DNA of 64,000 nt, from NCBI GenBank assembly GCA_041907825.1, contig JAYRGN010000002.1:381281-445280 (forward strand), in the 5' to 3' direction. Of the stretch, positions 17,548-28,574 are shown piece by piece; the first letter of the stretch is position 1; each line of letters opens with the position of its first letter. The stretch is from Bacteroidales bacterium. Lineage in GTDB: Bacteria > Bacteroidota > Bacteroidia > Bacteroidales > JAYRGN01. Made by a program: the position numbers and the translations under genes. The notes under the pieces are model-generated. The model saw only the letters and a list, made by a program, of their open reading frames with translations. It searched no databases and was not told the origin of the DNA.

Positions 17548-18372
17548 ATGGCACTGAAGAAATTTAAACCCGTAACGCCGGGACAACGAGGTAAAATTCT
17601 TAACTCGTCTGATGATATTACCTGTTCTACTCCTGAAAAATCATTGCTCACACCCCTGAAAAAATCTGGTGGCCGAAACAACCAGGGGAAAATGACAATG
17701 AGATATATAGGAGGTGGCCACAAACAGAAATATCGTATTGTTGATTTTAAACGAAACAAGGACGCTGTTCCCGCTGTTGTGAAAACAATCGAATACGATC
17801 CTAATCGTACTTCTCGCATTGCTTTAGTTGAATACGCTGACGGCGAAAAACGCTACATTATTGCTCCTAACGGAATTAAAGTTGGGCAGCAGGTGTTGTC
17901 AGGTGCTGGTATCGCCCCTGAGATAGGGAATTGTTTACCATTATCTGATATTCCTCTTGGTACTATCGTTCATAACATTGAAATGAATCCAGGACAGGGA
18001 GGAGTTATTGCACGTAGTGCCGGTTCGTATGCTCAGTTGCTTTCTCGCGATGGTAGCTATGCTATCCTCAAAATGCCATCAGGCGAAACCCGTATGGTTC
18101 TTACTATATGCCGTGCTACTGTTGGTACAGTTTCTAACTCAGACCATTCTAACGAACAGTCAGGTAAAGCTGGTCGTAGCCGTTGGTTAGGTCGTCGTCC
18201 TCGCAACCGTGGTGTTGTAATGAATCCTGTAGATCACCCGATGGGTGGTGGTGAAGGCCGTGCTTCAGGAGGACATCCAAGATCACGTAAGGGCTTACCA
18301 GCAAAGGGTTATAAAACAAGAACCCCGAAGAAAGCTTCGAATAAGTATATTATAGAAAGAAGAAAGAAATAA
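17548..18372 (+). CDS. rplB: 50S ribosomal protein L2
   Basis: 274 aa, ...[20 protein letters not shown]... Confidence 0.98.
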   Translation: MALKKFKPVTPGQRGKILNSSDDITCSTPEKSLLTPLKKSGGRNNQGKMTMRYIGGGHKQKYRIVDFKRNKDAVPAVVKTIEYDPNRTSRIALVEYADGEKRYIIAPNGIKVGQQVLSGAGIAPEIGNCLPLSDIPLGTIVHNIEMNPGQGGVIARSAGSYAQLLSRDGSYAILKMPSGETRMVLTICRATVGTVSNSDHSNEQSGKAGRSRWLGRRPRNRGVVMNPVDHPMGGGEGRASGGHPRSRKGLPAKGYKTRTPKKASNKYIIERRKK

Positions 18373-18390
18373 TCAGATAATTAGACTGAT

Positions 18391-18657
18391 ATGAGCCGTT
18401 CTTTAAAAAAAGGTCCTTTCATTGACTATAAACTGGAGAAACGAGTTGACGTATTGAACCAATCCGACAAGAAAACTGTCGTAAAAACATGGTCACGTCG
18501 TTCGGTTATTTCCCCCGATTTTGTTGGTCATACATTTGCCGTACATAATGGAAATAAATTCATTCCGGTATATGTAACCGAAAACATGGTAGGACATAAA
18601 CTTGGCGAATTTGCCCCTACACGTACATTCCGTGGACACGGAGGCAAGAAAAAATAA
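18391..18657 (+). CDS. rpsS: 30S ribosomal protein S19
   Basis: 88 aa, [15 protein letters not shown]... Confidence 0.97.
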   Translation: MSRSLKKGPFIDYKLEKRVDVLNQSDKKTVVKTWSRRSVISPDFVGHTFAVHNGNKFIPVYVTENMVGHKLGEFAPTRTFRGHGGKKK

Positions 18658-18693
18658 TGCTGTTGGTTGAATCTTTTTAGATACTGAATACAA

Positions 18694-19107
18694 ATGGGTG
18701 CAAGAAAAAAAATAAAGGCTGATGAGCGTAAAGAAACGCTGAAGAATATTGCCTTTGCTAAATTGAACGATTGCCCCACTTCGCCACGCAAAATGCGTCT
18801 GATGACAGACCTCATTCGTGGGAAAGAAGTGAACCGTGCACTAGATATCCTTCGCTTTTCGTCGAAGGAAGCTTCACGTCGACTCGAAAAATTATTACTT
18901 TCGGCAATTGCCAATTGGCAAGCTAAAAACGAAGGAGTTCGCGTAGAAGATTCTACTCTTTTTGTAAAAGAGATTTTTGTGAACCAGGGTCGCATGCTTA
19001 AACGTTTACGTCCTGCTCCTCAAGGACGTGGATACCGCGTTCGCAAACGTTCCAACCATGTTACTGTGGTTGTTGATAGTGTTGTTACCAACGATGTTAA
19101 AGAATAA
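18694..19107 (+). CDS. rplV: 50S ribosomal protein L22
   Basis: 137 aa, ...[17 protein letters not shown]...; conserved order. Confidence 0.96.
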   Translation: MGARKKIKADERKETLKNIAFAKLNDCPTSPRKMRLMTDLIRGKEVNRALDILRFSSKEASRRLEKLLLSAIANWQAKNEGVRVEDSTLFVKEIFVNQGRMLKRLRPAPQGRGYRVRKRSNHVTVVVDSVVTNDVKE

Positions 19108-19112
19108 TAATA

Positions 19113-19829
19113 ATGGGACAAAAAGTTAATCCGATAAGCAACAGGTTGGGAATTATCCGTGGTTGGGATTCCAATTGGTATGGCGGACGTAACTTCTCAA
19201 CAAAGATTGTTGAGGATCATAAAATCCGGGAATACCTCAATGCCCGTCTTGCTAAAGCCAGTATTTCCAGAATTATTATTGAGCGTACACTTAAGCTCAT
19301 CACCGTTACGGTGAATACGGCCCGTCCCGGCATTATTATTGGTAAAGGTGGACAGGAAGTAGATAAGCTCAAAGAAGAGTTGAAAAAAATTACCAAAAAG
19401 GAAGTTCAAATCAACATCTTTGAAGTAAAACGTCCTGAACTCGATGCCAATATCGTAGCAAACAACATTGCTCGCCAGATTGAAGGTAAGATTTCTTATC
19501 GCCGTGCAATTAAAACAACAATAGCTTCAACCATGAGAATGGGTGCTGAAGGTATTAAAGTGATGATTTCCGGTCGTTTGGGTGGCGCAGAAATGGCTCG
19601 TCGTGAGATGTATAAAGAAGGACGTACTCCGCTCCATACACTTCGTTCTGATATTGACTATGCGTTGGCTGAAGCACATACCAAGGTTGGTTGTATTGGT
19701 GTAAAAGTATGGATTTGCAATGGTGAAGTTTATGGCAAGAGAGATCTTGCGCCAAATGTGGCTGTAGCCAATAAGGCACCAAAGCCAAAGTCACCAGAAT
19801 TTAAGAAGAGAAGGAGTAATAATCGTTAA
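19113..19829 (+). CDS. rpsC: 30S ribosomal protein S3
   Basis: 238 aa, [23 protein letters not shown]... Confidence 0.98.
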   Translation: MGQKVNPISNRLGIIRGWDSNWYGGRNFSTKIVEDHKIREYLNARLAKASISRIIIERTLKLITVTVNTARPGIIIGKGGQEVDKLKEELKKITKKEVQINIFEVKRPELDANIVANNIARQIEGKISYRRAIKTTIASTMRMGAEGIKVMISGRLGGAEMARREMYKEGRTPLHTLRSDIDYALAEAHTKVGCIGVKVWICNGEVYGKRDLAPNVAVANKAPKPKSPEFKKRRSNNR

Positions 19830-19842
19830 TTAAGAGAGGATT

Positions 19843-20274
19843 ATGTTACAGCCGAAAAAAACAAAATATAGAAGGCAGCAAAAGGGCCGCATGAAAGGTA
19901 ATGCACAGCGTGGCAACCAAATTGCGTTCGGTTCTTTTGCCATCAAGTCTCTGGAGTCGGCATGGATAACCGGACGTCAGATTGAAGCTGCCCGTCAGGC
20001 TGTCAGCCGTTATATGAAACGTGAAGGACAGGTATGGATTCGTATCTTTCCGGACAAACCTATAACCAAAAAGCCTGCTGAAGTACGTATGGGTAAGGGG
20101 AAAGGTTCCCCAGAAGGTTTTGTAGCCCCAATTACCCCAGGACGTATTATTATCGAAACTGATGGAGTTCCTTTTGAAATAGCAAAAGAAGCGTTACGTC
20201 TTGCGGCTCAAAAATTGCCAGTTAACACTCAGTTTATTGTACGTCGCGATTATGTTGAATCTACAACCTTGTAA
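19843..20274 (+). CDS. rplP: 50S ribosomal protein L16
   Basis: 143 aa, [19 protein letters not shown]... Confidence 0.97.
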   Translation: MLQPKKTKYRRQQKGRMKGNAQRGNQIAFGSFAIKSLESAWITGRQIEAARQAVSRYMKREGQVWIRIFPDKPITKKPAEVRMGKGKGSPEGFVAPITPGRIIIETDGVPFEIAKEALRLAAQKLPVNTQFIVRRDYVESTTL

Positions 20275-20277
20275 ACA

Positions 20278-20469
20278 ATGAAAACGGCCGAAATTAAAGA
20301 ACTGTCTGTTAGTGAATTGCAGGAAAGGATTGAAACAGAAAAAGCTAGTCTTGTAAAGTTAAAGATTAACCATACTGTATCTCCTCTTGATAATCCACTC
20401 AAAATACGGCATGCACGTCGTAATATTGCACGCTTAATAACCATTTTACAGCAACGCAATTCTAAATAA
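20278..20469 (+). CDS. rpmC: 50S ribosomal protein L29
   Basis: 63 aa, [18 protein letters not shown]... Confidence 0.95.
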   Translation: MKTAEIKELSVSELQERIETEKASLVKLKINHTVSPLDNPLKIRHARRNIARLITILQQRNSK

Positions 20470-20491
20470 CCACAAAAAGTACACAAGTACA

Positions 20492-20749
20492 ATGGAAAAA
20501 AGAAATTTAAGAAAAGAGCGTATTGGTGTTGTGGTTAGCAACAAAATGAGTAAATCGATAGTGGTTGCTGTAAAACGTAAGGTTAAGCACCCTATTTATG
20601 GAAAGTTTGTTAACCGCACGTCGAAGTTTATGGCTCACGACGAAGACAATACTTGCAGCATAGGCGATACCGTACGGATTATGGAAACCCGTCCTTTATC
20701 GAAGAGTAAAAATTGGCGTTTAGTTGAAATTATTGAAAGAGTTAAATAA
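20492..20749 (+). CDS. rpsQ: 30S ribosomal protein S17
   Basis: 85 aa, ...[18 protein letters not shown]... Confidence 0.96.
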   Translation: MEKRNLRKERIGVVVSNKMSKSIVVAVKRKVKHPIYGKFVNRTSKFMAHDEDNTCSIGDTVRIMETRPLSKSKNWRLVEIIERVK

Positions 20750-20751
20750 CC

Positions 20752-21117
20752 ATGATCCAGCAAGAAAGCAGATTAGCTGTAGCCGATAACAGTGGGGCCA
20801 AGGAAGTCCTCTGCATCCGTGTACTCGGAGGCTCAGGCCGACGTTATGCCTCCGTTGGCGATAAAATTGTGGTAGCCGTAAAGAGCGCCCTTCCTTCGGG
20901 CGAAGTCAAAAAAGGCTCCGTTAGTAAAGCTGTCGTGGTACGCACCAAGAAAGAAATTCGTCGCCCCGACGGTTCGTACATTCGTTTTGACGATAATGCA
21001 GTAGTATTATTGAACAATCAGGATGAAATCAGGGGTACACGTATTTTTGGCCCTGTAGCAAGGGAGTTGCGCGACAGGTATATGAAAATTGTTTCATTAG
21101 CTCCCGAAGTGCTTTAA
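20752..21117 (+). CDS. rplN: 50S ribosomal protein L14
   Basis: 121 aa, [19 protein letters not shown]... Confidence 0.98.
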   Translation: MIQQESRLAVADNSGAKEVLCIRVLGGSGRRYASVGDKIVVAVKSALPSGEVKKGSVSKAVVVRTKKEIRRPDGSYIRFDDNAVVLLNNQDEIRGTRIFGPVARELRDRYMKIVSLAPEVL

Positions 21118-21135
21118 TATCAAAAAAACTGTTCC

Positions 21136-21459
21136 ATGCCAAGGAAATTACACATCAAAAAAGGTGATATGGTAATCGTCAACAGTGGCGATTCCAAAGG
21201 CACGCAAGGACGTGTGCTTGAAGTTCTTGTGAAAGAAAATCGAGCCATCGTGGAAGGTGTGAACAAGGTTTCGAAACACACCAAGCCTAATGCAAAAAAT
21301 ACGCAAGGCGGTATTGTAAAAAAAGAAGCCCCTGTACACATTTCTAACCTAAATGTGGTTGACCCGAGTACCGGTAAAGCTACCCGTATCGGACGTAAAC
21401 TCAACAGTGAAAATAAGTTAGTTCGCTATGCTAAAAAATCTGGGGAGGAATTAAAATAA
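21136..21459 (+). CDS. rplX: 50S ribosomal protein L24
   Basis: 107 aa, ...[18 protein letters not shown]...; its stop shares 1 nt with the rplE ATG (TAATG). Confidence 0.96.
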   Translation: MPRKLHIKKGDMVIVNSGDSKGTQGRVLEVLVKENRAIVEGVNKVSKHTKPNAKNTQGGIVKKEAPVHISNLNVVDPSTGKATRIGRKLNSENKLVRYAKKSGEELK

Positions 21460-22019
21460 TGGAATACACACCTAATTTGAAAACCAAATACAGGAATGAT
21501 GTAATTCCAGCTCTAATGAAGGAATTCAACTATTCATCAGTAATGCAGGTTCCTCGGCTGGAAAAAATAGTCATCAACCAGGGTATTGGTCAAGCTGTTG
21601 CAGATAAAAAGATCATCGATAGCGCTTTAGTTGAATTAACGAATATTGCAGGCCAGAAAGCAGTGCTGACGGTTTCTCGTAAAGATATTTCGAACTTCAA
21701 ACTTCGTCGTAAGATGCCTATTGGTACAAAGGTAACTTTGCGCCATGATCGTATGTACGAATTCTTGGAACGTTTGGTAAGTGTAGCACTTCCACGTATT
21801 CGTGACTTCAAGGGAATTAACAGCAAATTCGATGGACGTGGAAATTATACACTCGGACTTACAGAGCAGATTATTTTCCCGGAAATAGATATCGATAAAG
21901 TAAACAAAATTCTGGGTATGGAAATTACGTTTGTAACTACAGCCAATACCGATGAAGAAGGATATTCTTTGCTCAAAGAATTTGGTTTGCCATTTAAAAA
22001 TGCTAAAAAGGATAATTAG
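21459..22019 (+). CDS. rplE: 50S ribosomal protein L5
   Basis: 186 aa, conserved order, ...[17 protein letters not shown]... Confidence 0.97.
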   Translation: MEYTPNLKTKYRNDVIPALMKEFNYSSVMQVPRLEKIVINQGIGQAVADKKIIDSALVELTNIAGQKAVLTVSRKDISNFKLRRKMPIGTKVTLRHDRMYEFLERLVSVALPRIRDFKGINSKFDGRGNYTLGLTEQIIFPEIDIDKVNKILGMEITFVTTANTDEEGYSLLKEFGLPFKNAKKDN

Positions 22020-22020
22020 T

Positions 22021-22290
22021 ATGGCCAAAGAATCGATGAAAGCCCGCGAGGTAAAGCGTCAGAAACTCGTAGATAAATATGCTGCCAAACGTGAGCAACT
22101 TAGACAAGAAGGTGATTTTATTGGATTAAGTAAATTACCTCGCAATTCAAATCCGAACAGACTTCGTAACAGATGTTTGTTAACAGGCCGTCCACGTGGC
22201 TATATGCGCCAGTTTGGTATTAGCCGTATCCAGTTTAGGGAAATGGCCTCTAAGGGTCTTCTCCCTGGAGTAAAGAAAGCAAGTTGGTAA
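22021..22290 (+). CDS. rpsN: 30S ribosomal protein S14
   Basis: Track ORF 21952..22290 overlaps the rplE 3' end. Canonical S14 begins [16 protein letters not shown] at ATG 22021 (89 aa) and ends ...[10 protein letters not shown]. Confidence 0.95.
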   Translation: MAKESMKAREVKRQKLVDKYAAKREQLRQEGDFIGLSKLPRNSNPNRLRNRCLLTGRPRGYMRQFGISRIQFREMASKGLLPGVKKASW

Positions 22291-22308
22291 TTAATAATAG
22301 ATACAGCA

Positions 22309-22704
22309 ATGACTGATCCAATCGCCGATTTCCTTACCCGTATTCGCAATGCTGTGAAAGCACGTCATAGAGTGGTAGAAGTTCCGGCATCTAATATGAA
22401 AAAAGCACTTACTCAGATTCTTTTTGAGAAAGGCTACATCCTCAATTATAAAATTGAGGAAAATAGTGTTCAGGGCAATATCAAAATTGCGCTGAAGTAT
22501 CATCCTGACACAAAGCAGCCAGCGATTAAAGGTATTGTTCGTGTAAGTCGTCCAGGATTGCGCCAATATTCTGGAAGTACAGAACTTCCCAGAGTACTTA
22601 ATGGTTTGGGTGTTGCAATAGTTTCCACTTCAAAAGGCGTGATGACCGACAAGGAAGCTCGCCAGATGAATATCGGTGGAGAAGTTTTATGTTACGTATA
22701 TTAA
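22309..22704 (+). CDS. rpsH: 30S ribosomal protein S8
   Basis: 131 aa, [15 protein letters not shown]... Confidence 0.97.
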   Translation: MTDPIADFLTRIRNAVKARHRVVEVPASNMKKALTQILFEKGYILNYKIEENSVQGNIKIALKYHPDTKQPAIKGIVRVSRPGLRQYSGSTELPRVLNGLGVAIVSTSKGVMTDKEARQMNIGGEVLCYVY

Positions 22705-22717
22705 CAGGAGGAACGCC

Positions 22718-23272
22718 ATGTCTAGAATTGGAAAATTACCTATTGACATCCCTACCGGAGTAACTGTTACTATTAGTAATGATAATGTTGTAACAGTAAA
22801 AGGTAAACTCGGTCAGCTTACTCAAAAAGTTGATCCCGATATTACACTTAAACAAGAAAATAACCAGATTCTGGTAACTCGCCCAACTGATAATAAACGT
22901 CATCGCTCTATGCATGGGCTTTATCGTTCATTAATTGCCAATATGGTAAAAGGAGTTTCTGAAGGATTTACTATTCAACAGGAACTTATTGGTGTTGGTT
23001 ATCGTGCTGAGGCTAAAGGTCAGAATCTTGAAATGAGTCTTGGTTATTCTCACGAAGTTCTTTTTCAGATACCTTCGGAAATTAAAATCGAAACAAAATC
23101 TGAAAAGAAAGGAAATCCTACCATTATTCTCACCAGTTACGACAAGCAGTTACTTGGTCTTGTAGCTGCAAAAATACGTTCACTGCGTAGCCCTGAACCT
23201 TACAAAGGAAAAGGTATTCGTTTTGTTGGTGAACAAGTACGTCGTAAAGCTGGTAAATCAGCTAGTGTATAA
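22718..23272 (+). CDS. rplF: 50S ribosomal protein L6
   Basis: Track ORF starts at 22676 inside rpsH. Canonical L6 begins MSRIGKLPI at ATG 22718 (184 aa). Confidence 0.95.
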   Translation: MSRIGKLPIDIPTGVTVTISNDNVVTVKGKLGQLTQKVDPDITLKQENNQILVTRPTDNKRHRSMHGLYRSLIANMVKGVSEGFTIQQELIGVGYRAEAKGQNLEMSLGYSHEVLFQIPSEIKIETKSEKKGNPTIILTSYDKQLLGLVAAKIRSLRSPEPYKGKGIRFVGEQVRRKAGKSASV

Positions 23273-23293
23273 TTCCTAAAAAAATAAAAGGAT

Positions 23294-23653
23294 ATGCCGT
23301 TAAATACAACGCTTAGACGGTTAAAGATTAAAAGAAGAATCCGTAGGAATATGACCGGAACGGCCGAAAAACCCCGGCTTTCTGTATTTCGCAGTAATAA
23401 GCAAATATATGCTCAGCTTATAGATGATATTACTGGGGTTACTCTTTTAGGAGTATCGTCGCTCGATAAAGAGATTGCATCTGAAAGTAATGTTGCAAAA
23501 TGCGATCAAGCTCAGGTTGTTGGGAAGCTTCTCGCAAAAAAATCTATTGAAAAAGGTATTACCGAAGTGGTTTTTGACCGCAATGGTTATCTTTATCATG
23601 GTAGAGTTAAAAATTTAGCTGACGCTGCACGCGAAGGCGGACTTAAATTCTAA
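23294..23653 (+). CDS. rplR: 50S ribosomal protein L18
   Basis: 119 aa, ...[19 protein letters not shown]... Confidence 0.96.
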   Translation: MPLNTTLRRLKIKRRIRRNMTGTAEKPRLSVFRSNKQIYAQLIDDITGVTLLGVSSLDKEIASESNVAKCDQAQVVGKLLAKKSIEKGITEVVFDRNGYLYHGRVKNLADAAREGGLKF

Positions 23654-23658
23654 GAACT

Positions 23659-24174
23659 ATGCCAACGAATATTCGTAAAGTTAAAACAAGTGATCTTGAA
23701 CTGAAAGATCGGTTGGTTAGCATACAGCGTGTAACGAAAGTGACCAAAGGGGGTCGTACATTTAGTTTTTCGGCAATTGTTGTTGTCGGAAATGAAAATG
23801 GTATTGTAGGTTACGGCTTGGGTAAAGCAAGCGAAGTAACTACAGCAATCTCCAAAGGCATTGAAGATGCTAAAAAGAATCTTATTAATGTGCCTGTCCA
23901 TAAAGGGACTATTCCTCACGAACAGATTGCAAAATTTGGAGGAGCTCAGGTATTTTTGAAACCCGCATCAAGCGGTACAGGAGTAAAAGCAGGTGGTGCT
24001 ATGCGTGCTGTACTTGAAAGTGTTGGTATTCATGATGTACTTGCAAAGTCAAAAGGATCTTCAAATCCACACAACCTTGTGAAAGCTACTTTTCAGGCTT
24101 TGATAGAATTGCGTGATCCATTGACAGTCGCTCAACATCGTGGTATTTCTGTTGAGAAGGTATTCAAAGGATAA
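23659..24174 (+). CDS. rpsE: 30S ribosomal protein S5
   Basis: 171 aa, ...[26 protein letters not shown]... Confidence 0.97.
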   Translation: MPTNIRKVKTSDLELKDRLVSIQRVTKVTKGGRTFSFSAIVVVGNENGIVGYGLGKASEVTTAISKGIEDAKKNLINVPVHKGTIPHEQIAKFGGAQVFLKPASSGTGVKAGGAMRAVLESVGIHDVLAKSKGSSNPHNLVKATFQALIELRDPLTVAQHRGISVEKVFKG

Positions 24175-24184
24175 ACTGATAAAA

Positions 24185-24364
24185 ATGGCAAAGATTAAAG
24201 TAACACAGGTGAAGAGCCAAATTGGAAGCTCTAGCCGTCAGAAGAAAACCCTTCTTGCTTTGGGGCTGGGTCGTATCAGTAAATCGAATGAAATCGAATC
24301 TACTCCTCAGATATTAGGAATGGTTGATAAGGTGAGACACTTAATTTCGGTAGAAAACCTTTAA
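24185..24364 (+). CDS. rpmD: 50S ribosomal protein L30
   Basis: Track ORF 24140..24364 overlaps rpsE. Canonical L30 begins MAKIKVTQVKSQIG at ATG 24185 (59 aa). Confidence 0.93.
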   Translation: MAKIKVTQVKSQIGSSSRQKKTLLALGLGRISKSNEIESTPQILGMVDKVRHLISVENL

Positions 24365-24375
24365 TATAACAGGTC

Positions 24376-24819
24376 ATGAACTTGAGTAATTTGAAACCTG
24401 CCGATGGTTCGGTGAAAGATAATAAACGTTTAGGAAGAGGTCAAGGCTCTGGTCGTGGAGGTACTTCTACTCGTGGACATAAAGGAGCGAAATCTCGTTC
24501 CGGCTATTCTCATAAAACAGGATTTGAAGGAGGTCAGATGCCTATTCAGCGAAGAGTTCCTAAATTTGGTTTTAAAAACCCATTTAGAGTATCTTTTAAA
24601 GCTGTAAATCTGGATGTTCTTCAGGAACTTGCTAACGCTGGTCATTCATCAATTGATGTTCAGATCATAAAAGATGCAGGTTTGGCTCCTAAGAATAGTT
24701 TAGTGAAAATTTTAGGAAACGGAACGCTCACAGCAAAGGTCGATGTTAAAGCCAATGCTTTTTCAAAATCAGCTTTAGCTGCTATTGAAAGTGTTCAGGG
24801 AACTGCAACGATTATCTAA
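24376..24819 (+). CDS. rplO: 50S ribosomal protein L15
   Basis: 147 aa, MNLSNLKPADGS...RLGRGQGSGRGGTSTRGHKG... Confidence 0.97.
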   Translation: MNLSNLKPADGSVKDNKRLGRGQGSGRGGTSTRGHKGAKSRSGYSHKTGFEGGQMPIQRRVPKFGFKNPFRVSFKAVNLDVLQELANAGHSSIDVQIIKDAGLAPKNSLVKILGNGTLTAKVDVKANAFSKSALAAIESVQGTATII

Positions 24820-24829
24820 TTAGATAAAG

Positions 24830-24856
24830 AAACCCGGCAGAATTTCTGCCGGGTTT
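24830..24856 (+). terminator. Perfect 11-bp-stem hairpin between rplO and secY (intra-operon terminator or attenuator candidate)
   Basis: AAACCCGGCAG (24830-24840), loop AATTT, CTGCCGGGTTT (24846-24856), followed by a T-rich tract GAATTATTTTG. Lies 11 nt after the rplO stop. Confidence 0.6.
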
Positions 24857-24930
24857 GAATTATTTTGTAAGTTTGGTTTTGCTTCTTTTTGCTGATATTT
24901 TGTAAACTTTGATTACAGGGACAGTCTCCT

Positions 24931-26259
24931 ATGAAAACTCTTATTGAAACTATAAAGCATATCTGGAAGATTGAAGATTTGCGTGCCAGGATTCTCTATA
25001 CTCTTGGTCTTTTAGTAATTTATCGTTTGGGTTCATTTATCGTTCTTCCTGGTATTGATCCAATGATGTTGCAAGGTCTGAAGAAGCAAACTTCAGAGGG
25101 TGTTCTTGGTCTGCTTGATATGTTTTCAGGCGGTGCATTCTCGAATGCGTCAATTTTTGCGTTAGGTATTATGCCTTACATCTCGGCTTCTATTGTTGTT
25201 CAACTTTTAGGCATGGCCGTTCCTTATTTTCAAAGGATGCAACGTGAAGGCGAAAGTGGAAGACGTAAAATTAACCAGATTACCCGTTATTTAACAGTTG
25301 GTATTTTAATACTTCAATCGCCAGCTTATATAGCAAATCTTCATGCTCAGATTCCAGCAGAAGCTTTCAGAGTAAGCAGTGGCTATTTTAATATTCTTTC
25401 TGTTATTATTCTTACATCCGGTAGCATGTTTATCATGTGGTTGGGTGAGCGTATCACAGATAAAGGAATAGGTAATGGTATCTCATTGATTATTATGATC
25501 GGTATTATTGCCCGTTTACCATTTGCTCTTTTTGCAGAATTTGCGTCTAGATTAGAAGAACAAGGTGGCGGTTTGGTAGCATTTTTAGTTGAAATAGTTG
25601 TTCTACTTATTGTTATTGCGGGTTGTATTTTACTTGTTCAGGGAACACGTAAAATACCAGTACAATATGCAAAGCGTATAGTTGGAAACAAACAATACGG
25701 AGGTGTACGTCAGTATATTCCTTTGAAGGTTAATGCTGCAGGGGTTATGCCAATCATCTTTGCTCAGGCAATTATGTTTATTCCTTTAACTATTGTAGGC
25801 TTTTCAAGCTCAGATAAGTTAACCGGTTTTGCTGCAGCGTTCTCTAACTACACTGGCTTTTGGTACAACTTTACATTCTTTATGCTTAACATCGCTTTTA
25901 CATATTTTTACACTGCTATTACTATCAATCCGACTCAGATGGCAGAAGATATGAAAAAGAATGGTGGTTTTATTCCCGGAGTTAAGCCAGGAAGAAAAAC
26001 AATAGAGTTCCTCGATACGGTAATGTCGAGAATAACCTTACCAGGATCAATTTTCTTAGGATTAGTAGCTATTATGCCTGCTTTTGCAATGATTGCAGGA
26101 GTTAATAATAAATTTGCTCATTTTTATGGGGGAACTAGTCTTTTGATTTTGGTCGGTGTTGTATTGGATACTCTTCAGCAAATTGAAAGTCATTTATTGA
26201 TGAGACATTATGACGGGTTGATGAAAACCGGACGTATTAAAGGTCGTTCATCAATTTAA
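24931..26259 (+). CDS. secY: Preprotein translocase subunit SecY
   Basis: 442 aa, multi-pass membrane protein, ...FSGGAFSNASIFALGIMPYISASIVVQLL...; conserved position after rplO. Confidence 0.97.
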   Translation: MKTLIETIKHIWKIEDLRARILYTLGLLVIYRLGSFIVLPGIDPMMLQGLKKQTSEGVLGLLDMFSGGAFSNASIFALGIMPYISASIVVQLLGMAVPYFQRMQREGESGRRKINQITRYLTVGILILQSPAYIANLHAQIPAEAFRVSSGYFNILSVIILTSGSMFIMWLGERITDKGIGNGISLIIMIGIIARLPFALFAEFASRLEEQGGGLVAFLVEIVVLLIVIAGCILLVQGTRKIPVQYAKRIVGNKQYGGVRQYIPLKVNAAGVMPIIFAQAIMFIPLTIVGFSSSDKLTGFAAAFSNYTGFWYNFTFFMLNIAFTYFYTAITINPTQMAEDMKKNGGFIPGVKPGRKTIEFLDTVMSRITLPGSIFLGLVAIMPAFAMIAGVNNKFAHFYGGTSLLILVGVVLDTLQQIESHLLMRHYDGLMKTGRIKGRSSI

Positions 26260-26283
26260 GAATATAATTAATAGATTTTTACG

Positions 26284-26321
26284 GCGTTGTCTGAATATTT
26301 TTATAATAAATCAGACAACGC
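26284..26321 (+). terminator. Hairpin downstream of secY (terminator candidate)
   Basis: GCGTTGTCTGA (26284-26294) pairs perfectly with TCAGACAACGC (26311-26321). The loop is 16 nt and AT-only, and TCTATTTGT follows. Lies 25 nt after the secY stop. Confidence 0.5.
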
Positions 26322-26752
26322 TCTATTTGTCTGAGATTGGATAAGTTTCTCTTGAAAAATAATTATCAATAAGGTCTCAGAGTGTTTTCTTATCTCTTAA
26401 AGAAATATACTCTAAATTAGATATAAGAAATCTTTTGTTGATAACATAAGAATGTTTAATTTTGGGGCTCCAAAAAGAGACGGGAATAAAACCGTTTGAC
26501 TATGATGCTTTTTTATGTAAAAGTAAATGAAGTCAGAGGGTTACTTAATAAAGAAAAGAAATCAATGTTTATCTATGGGTAAACATTATAAACTCTTTTA
26601 ATTTGTTAAGAGAAAAAGAAAGGTGGCAAAAATATCATATTTTGCAATAAAACATTGTCACTTTTAAAAATATGCTGTTGTAGTTGAGATGGTAAACTAT
26701 ATGTTTTGAGGACGTTAGACTATATCGACTAGATATTAATGAATTAATTTAT

Positions 26753-26971
26753 ATGGCGAAACAGTCTTCGATAGAGCAAGATGGAACAATTTCAGAGGCA
26801 TTGTCTAATGCGATGTTTCGTGTAGAACTTGAAAACGGGCATGTAATTACAGCTCATATATCGGGTAAGATGCGAATGCACTACATTAAATTATTGCCAG
26901 GTGATAGAATAAGGGTAGAGATGTCGCCCTACGATTTAACAAAAGGAAGAATAACCTACAGGTATAAATAA
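26753..26971 (+). CDS. infA: Translation initiation factor IF-1
   Basis: 72 aa, [30 protein letters not shown]... Confidence 0.97.
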   Translation: MAKQSSIEQDGTISEALSNAMFRVELENGHVITAHISGKMRMHYIKLLPGDRIRVEMSPYDLTKGRITYRYK

Positions 26972-26980
26972 AGTCTAACA

Positions 26981-27097
26981 ATGAAAGTAAGAGCATCAAT
27001 TAAGAAGCGCAGTGAAGACTGTAAAATAGTAAGGCGTAAAGGACGTTTGTATGTGATTTGTAAGAAAAATCCGAAATTTAAACAACGTCAGGGATAA
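26981..27097 (+). CDS. rpmJ: 50S ribosomal protein L36
   Basis: Not in the track because it is under 60 aa. My translation is [38 protein letters not shown] followed by a stop, with the frame checked codon by codon. Canonical position between infA and rpsM. Confidence 0.93.
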   Translation: MKVRASIKKRSEDCKIVRRKGRLYVICKKNPKFKQRQG

Positions 27098-27135
27098 GAA
27101 TAATATTTTAACCATTTTACCAGAGAAAAAAGTAT

Positions 27136-27513
27136 ATGGCAAGAATTGTAGGTGTCGATTTACCAAGTAATAAGAGAGGCGAAATAGGTCTTACTTATAT
27201 ATATGGAATCGGCCGTAGCTCATCGCAAAAGATTTTGCGTGAAGCTGAAATTGACAAGGACATTAAAGTAAAAGATTGGAATGATGAGCAATTAGCAAAA
27301 ATCCGATCGATTATTAATGATCAATTTAAAGTCGAAGGAGAGCTTCGTTCTTTAGTACAGCTTAACATCAAGCGATTGATGGATATTGGTTGCTATCGTG
27401 GTATTCGTCACCGTTTGGGCTTACCTGTGAGGGGACAAAGCACCAAAAACAATGCACGTACCCGTAAAGGCAAAAAGAAAACTGTTGCAAATAAGAAGAA
27501 AGCTACCAAATAA
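27136..27513 (+). CDS. rpsM: 30S ribosomal protein S13
   Basis: 125 aa, [14 protein letters not shown]... Confidence 0.97.
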   Translation: MARIVGVDLPSNKRGEIGLTYIYGIGRSSSQKILREAEIDKDIKVKDWNDEQLAKIRSIINDQFKVEGELRSLVQLNIKRLMDIGCYRGIRHRLGLPVRGQSTKNNARTRKGKKKTVANKKKATK

Positions 27514-27522
27514 TTTGTAGAT

Positions 27523-27912
27523 ATGGCAAAAAAAGCTGGAACAGCCCGTAAAAAGATTGTAAAGGTTGAGTCGCAGGGGCAAGCTCATGTTCATGCATCT
27601 TTTAACAACATTATAATATCCCTTACTAATACATCAGGACAAGTAATTACTTGGGCATCTGCAGGTAAAATGGGATTCAAAGGGTCAAAGAAAAATACTC
27701 CTTATGCAGCACAAGTCGCATCTGAAAATTGTGGAAAAGCTGCATACGACTTGGGTCTTAGAAAAGTAAAAGTTTTTGTAAAAGGTCCTGGTTCAGGTCG
27801 CGAATCTGCAATTCGCGCTCTTCATGGCTGTGGAATAGAGGTAACTGAAATCGTTGATGTTACTCCATTACCACATAATGGTTGTCGTCCTCCTGCCAAA
27901 AGAAGGGTATAA
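27523..27912 (+). CDS. rpsK: 30S ribosomal protein S11
   Basis: 129 aa, ...[15 protein letters not shown]...[12 protein letters not shown]-like C-terminus. Confidence 0.97.
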   Translation: MAKKAGTARKKIVKVESQGQAHVHASFNNIIISLTNTSGQVITWASAGKMGFKGSKKNTPYAAQVASENCGKAAYDLGLRKVKVFVKGPGSGRESAIRALHGCGIEVTEIVDVTPLPHNGCRPPAKRRV

Positions 27913-27953
27913 CCTGTATTTTTATCTTTGTTGAATTAAAATGATCAAATAAG

Positions 27954-28562
27954 ATGGCAAGATATACTGGACCAAAAACCAAAATTGCTCGCGCATTTGG
28001 CGAAGCAATTTTCGGATCAGATAAATATTTTGAAAAAAAGAATTATCCTCCGGGACAGCACGGAGTAAATAAAAAGCGCAAAAAATCTTCGGAATACGGG
28101 GTTCAGTTGCGTGAAAAGCAAAAAGCAAAATACACTTATGGCGTTCTTGAACGTCAATTTGAAAAATTATTTCATGTAGCTTCTCGTAGTAAAGGTGTTA
28201 CGGGTGAAGTATTACTTCAATTGCTTGAAAGACGTTTAGATAACGTTGTTTATCGTTTGGGTATTTCTAGTAGCCGTGCAGGTGCACGTCAGTTAGTATC
28301 CCACAGACATATTACTGTCAATGGTGAAGTTGTAAATATTCCTTCATATTTAGTAAAAGCAGGAGATGTAATTGCAATTAGAGAAAAATCGAAATCACTT
28401 GAAGTGATTACTTCTTCTTTAAGTACAGCACGTTACTCTAAGTCTTCATGGCTCGAATGGGATAAAGATTCTATGAGTGGAAAGTTTTTAAACATTCCTG
28501 AAAGAAGCGAAATTCCAGAGAACATTAAGGAACAGCTCATTGTTGAATTGTATTCGAAATAA
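27954..28562 (+). CDS. rpsD: 30S ribosomal protein S4
   Basis: 202 aa, [17 protein letters not shown]... Confidence 0.97.
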   Translation: MARYTGPKTKIARAFGEAIFGSDKYFEKKNYPPGQHGVNKKRKKSSEYGVQLREKQKAKYTYGVLERQFEKLFHVASRSKGVTGEVLLQLLERRLDNVVYRLGISSSRAGARQLVSHRHITVNGEVVNIPSYLVKAGDVIAIREKSKSLEVITSSLSTARYSKSSWLEWDKDSMSGKFLNIPERSEIPENIKEQLIVELYSK

Positions 28563-28574
28563 TACCTTTCTCTT

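Noticed and set aside
13466-24645. Numerous minus-strand ORFs inside the ribosomal operons (for example 18528-18995 at 155 aa, 21636-22028 at 130 aa, 14216-14554 at 112 aa)
   Set aside because: They are antisense to highly conserved ribosomal-protein or EF-G genes and have no recognisable motifs. This is typical shadow-ORF behaviour.
26260-26752. A decayed map (methionine aminopeptidase) pseudogene in the secY-infA gap
   Set aside because: The stretch is extremely AT-rich and has only very short ORFs (the longest I read is MMLFYVKVNEVRGLLNKEKKSMFIYG). I saw no MetAP-like peptide remnant. It cannot be supported without a tblastn search.
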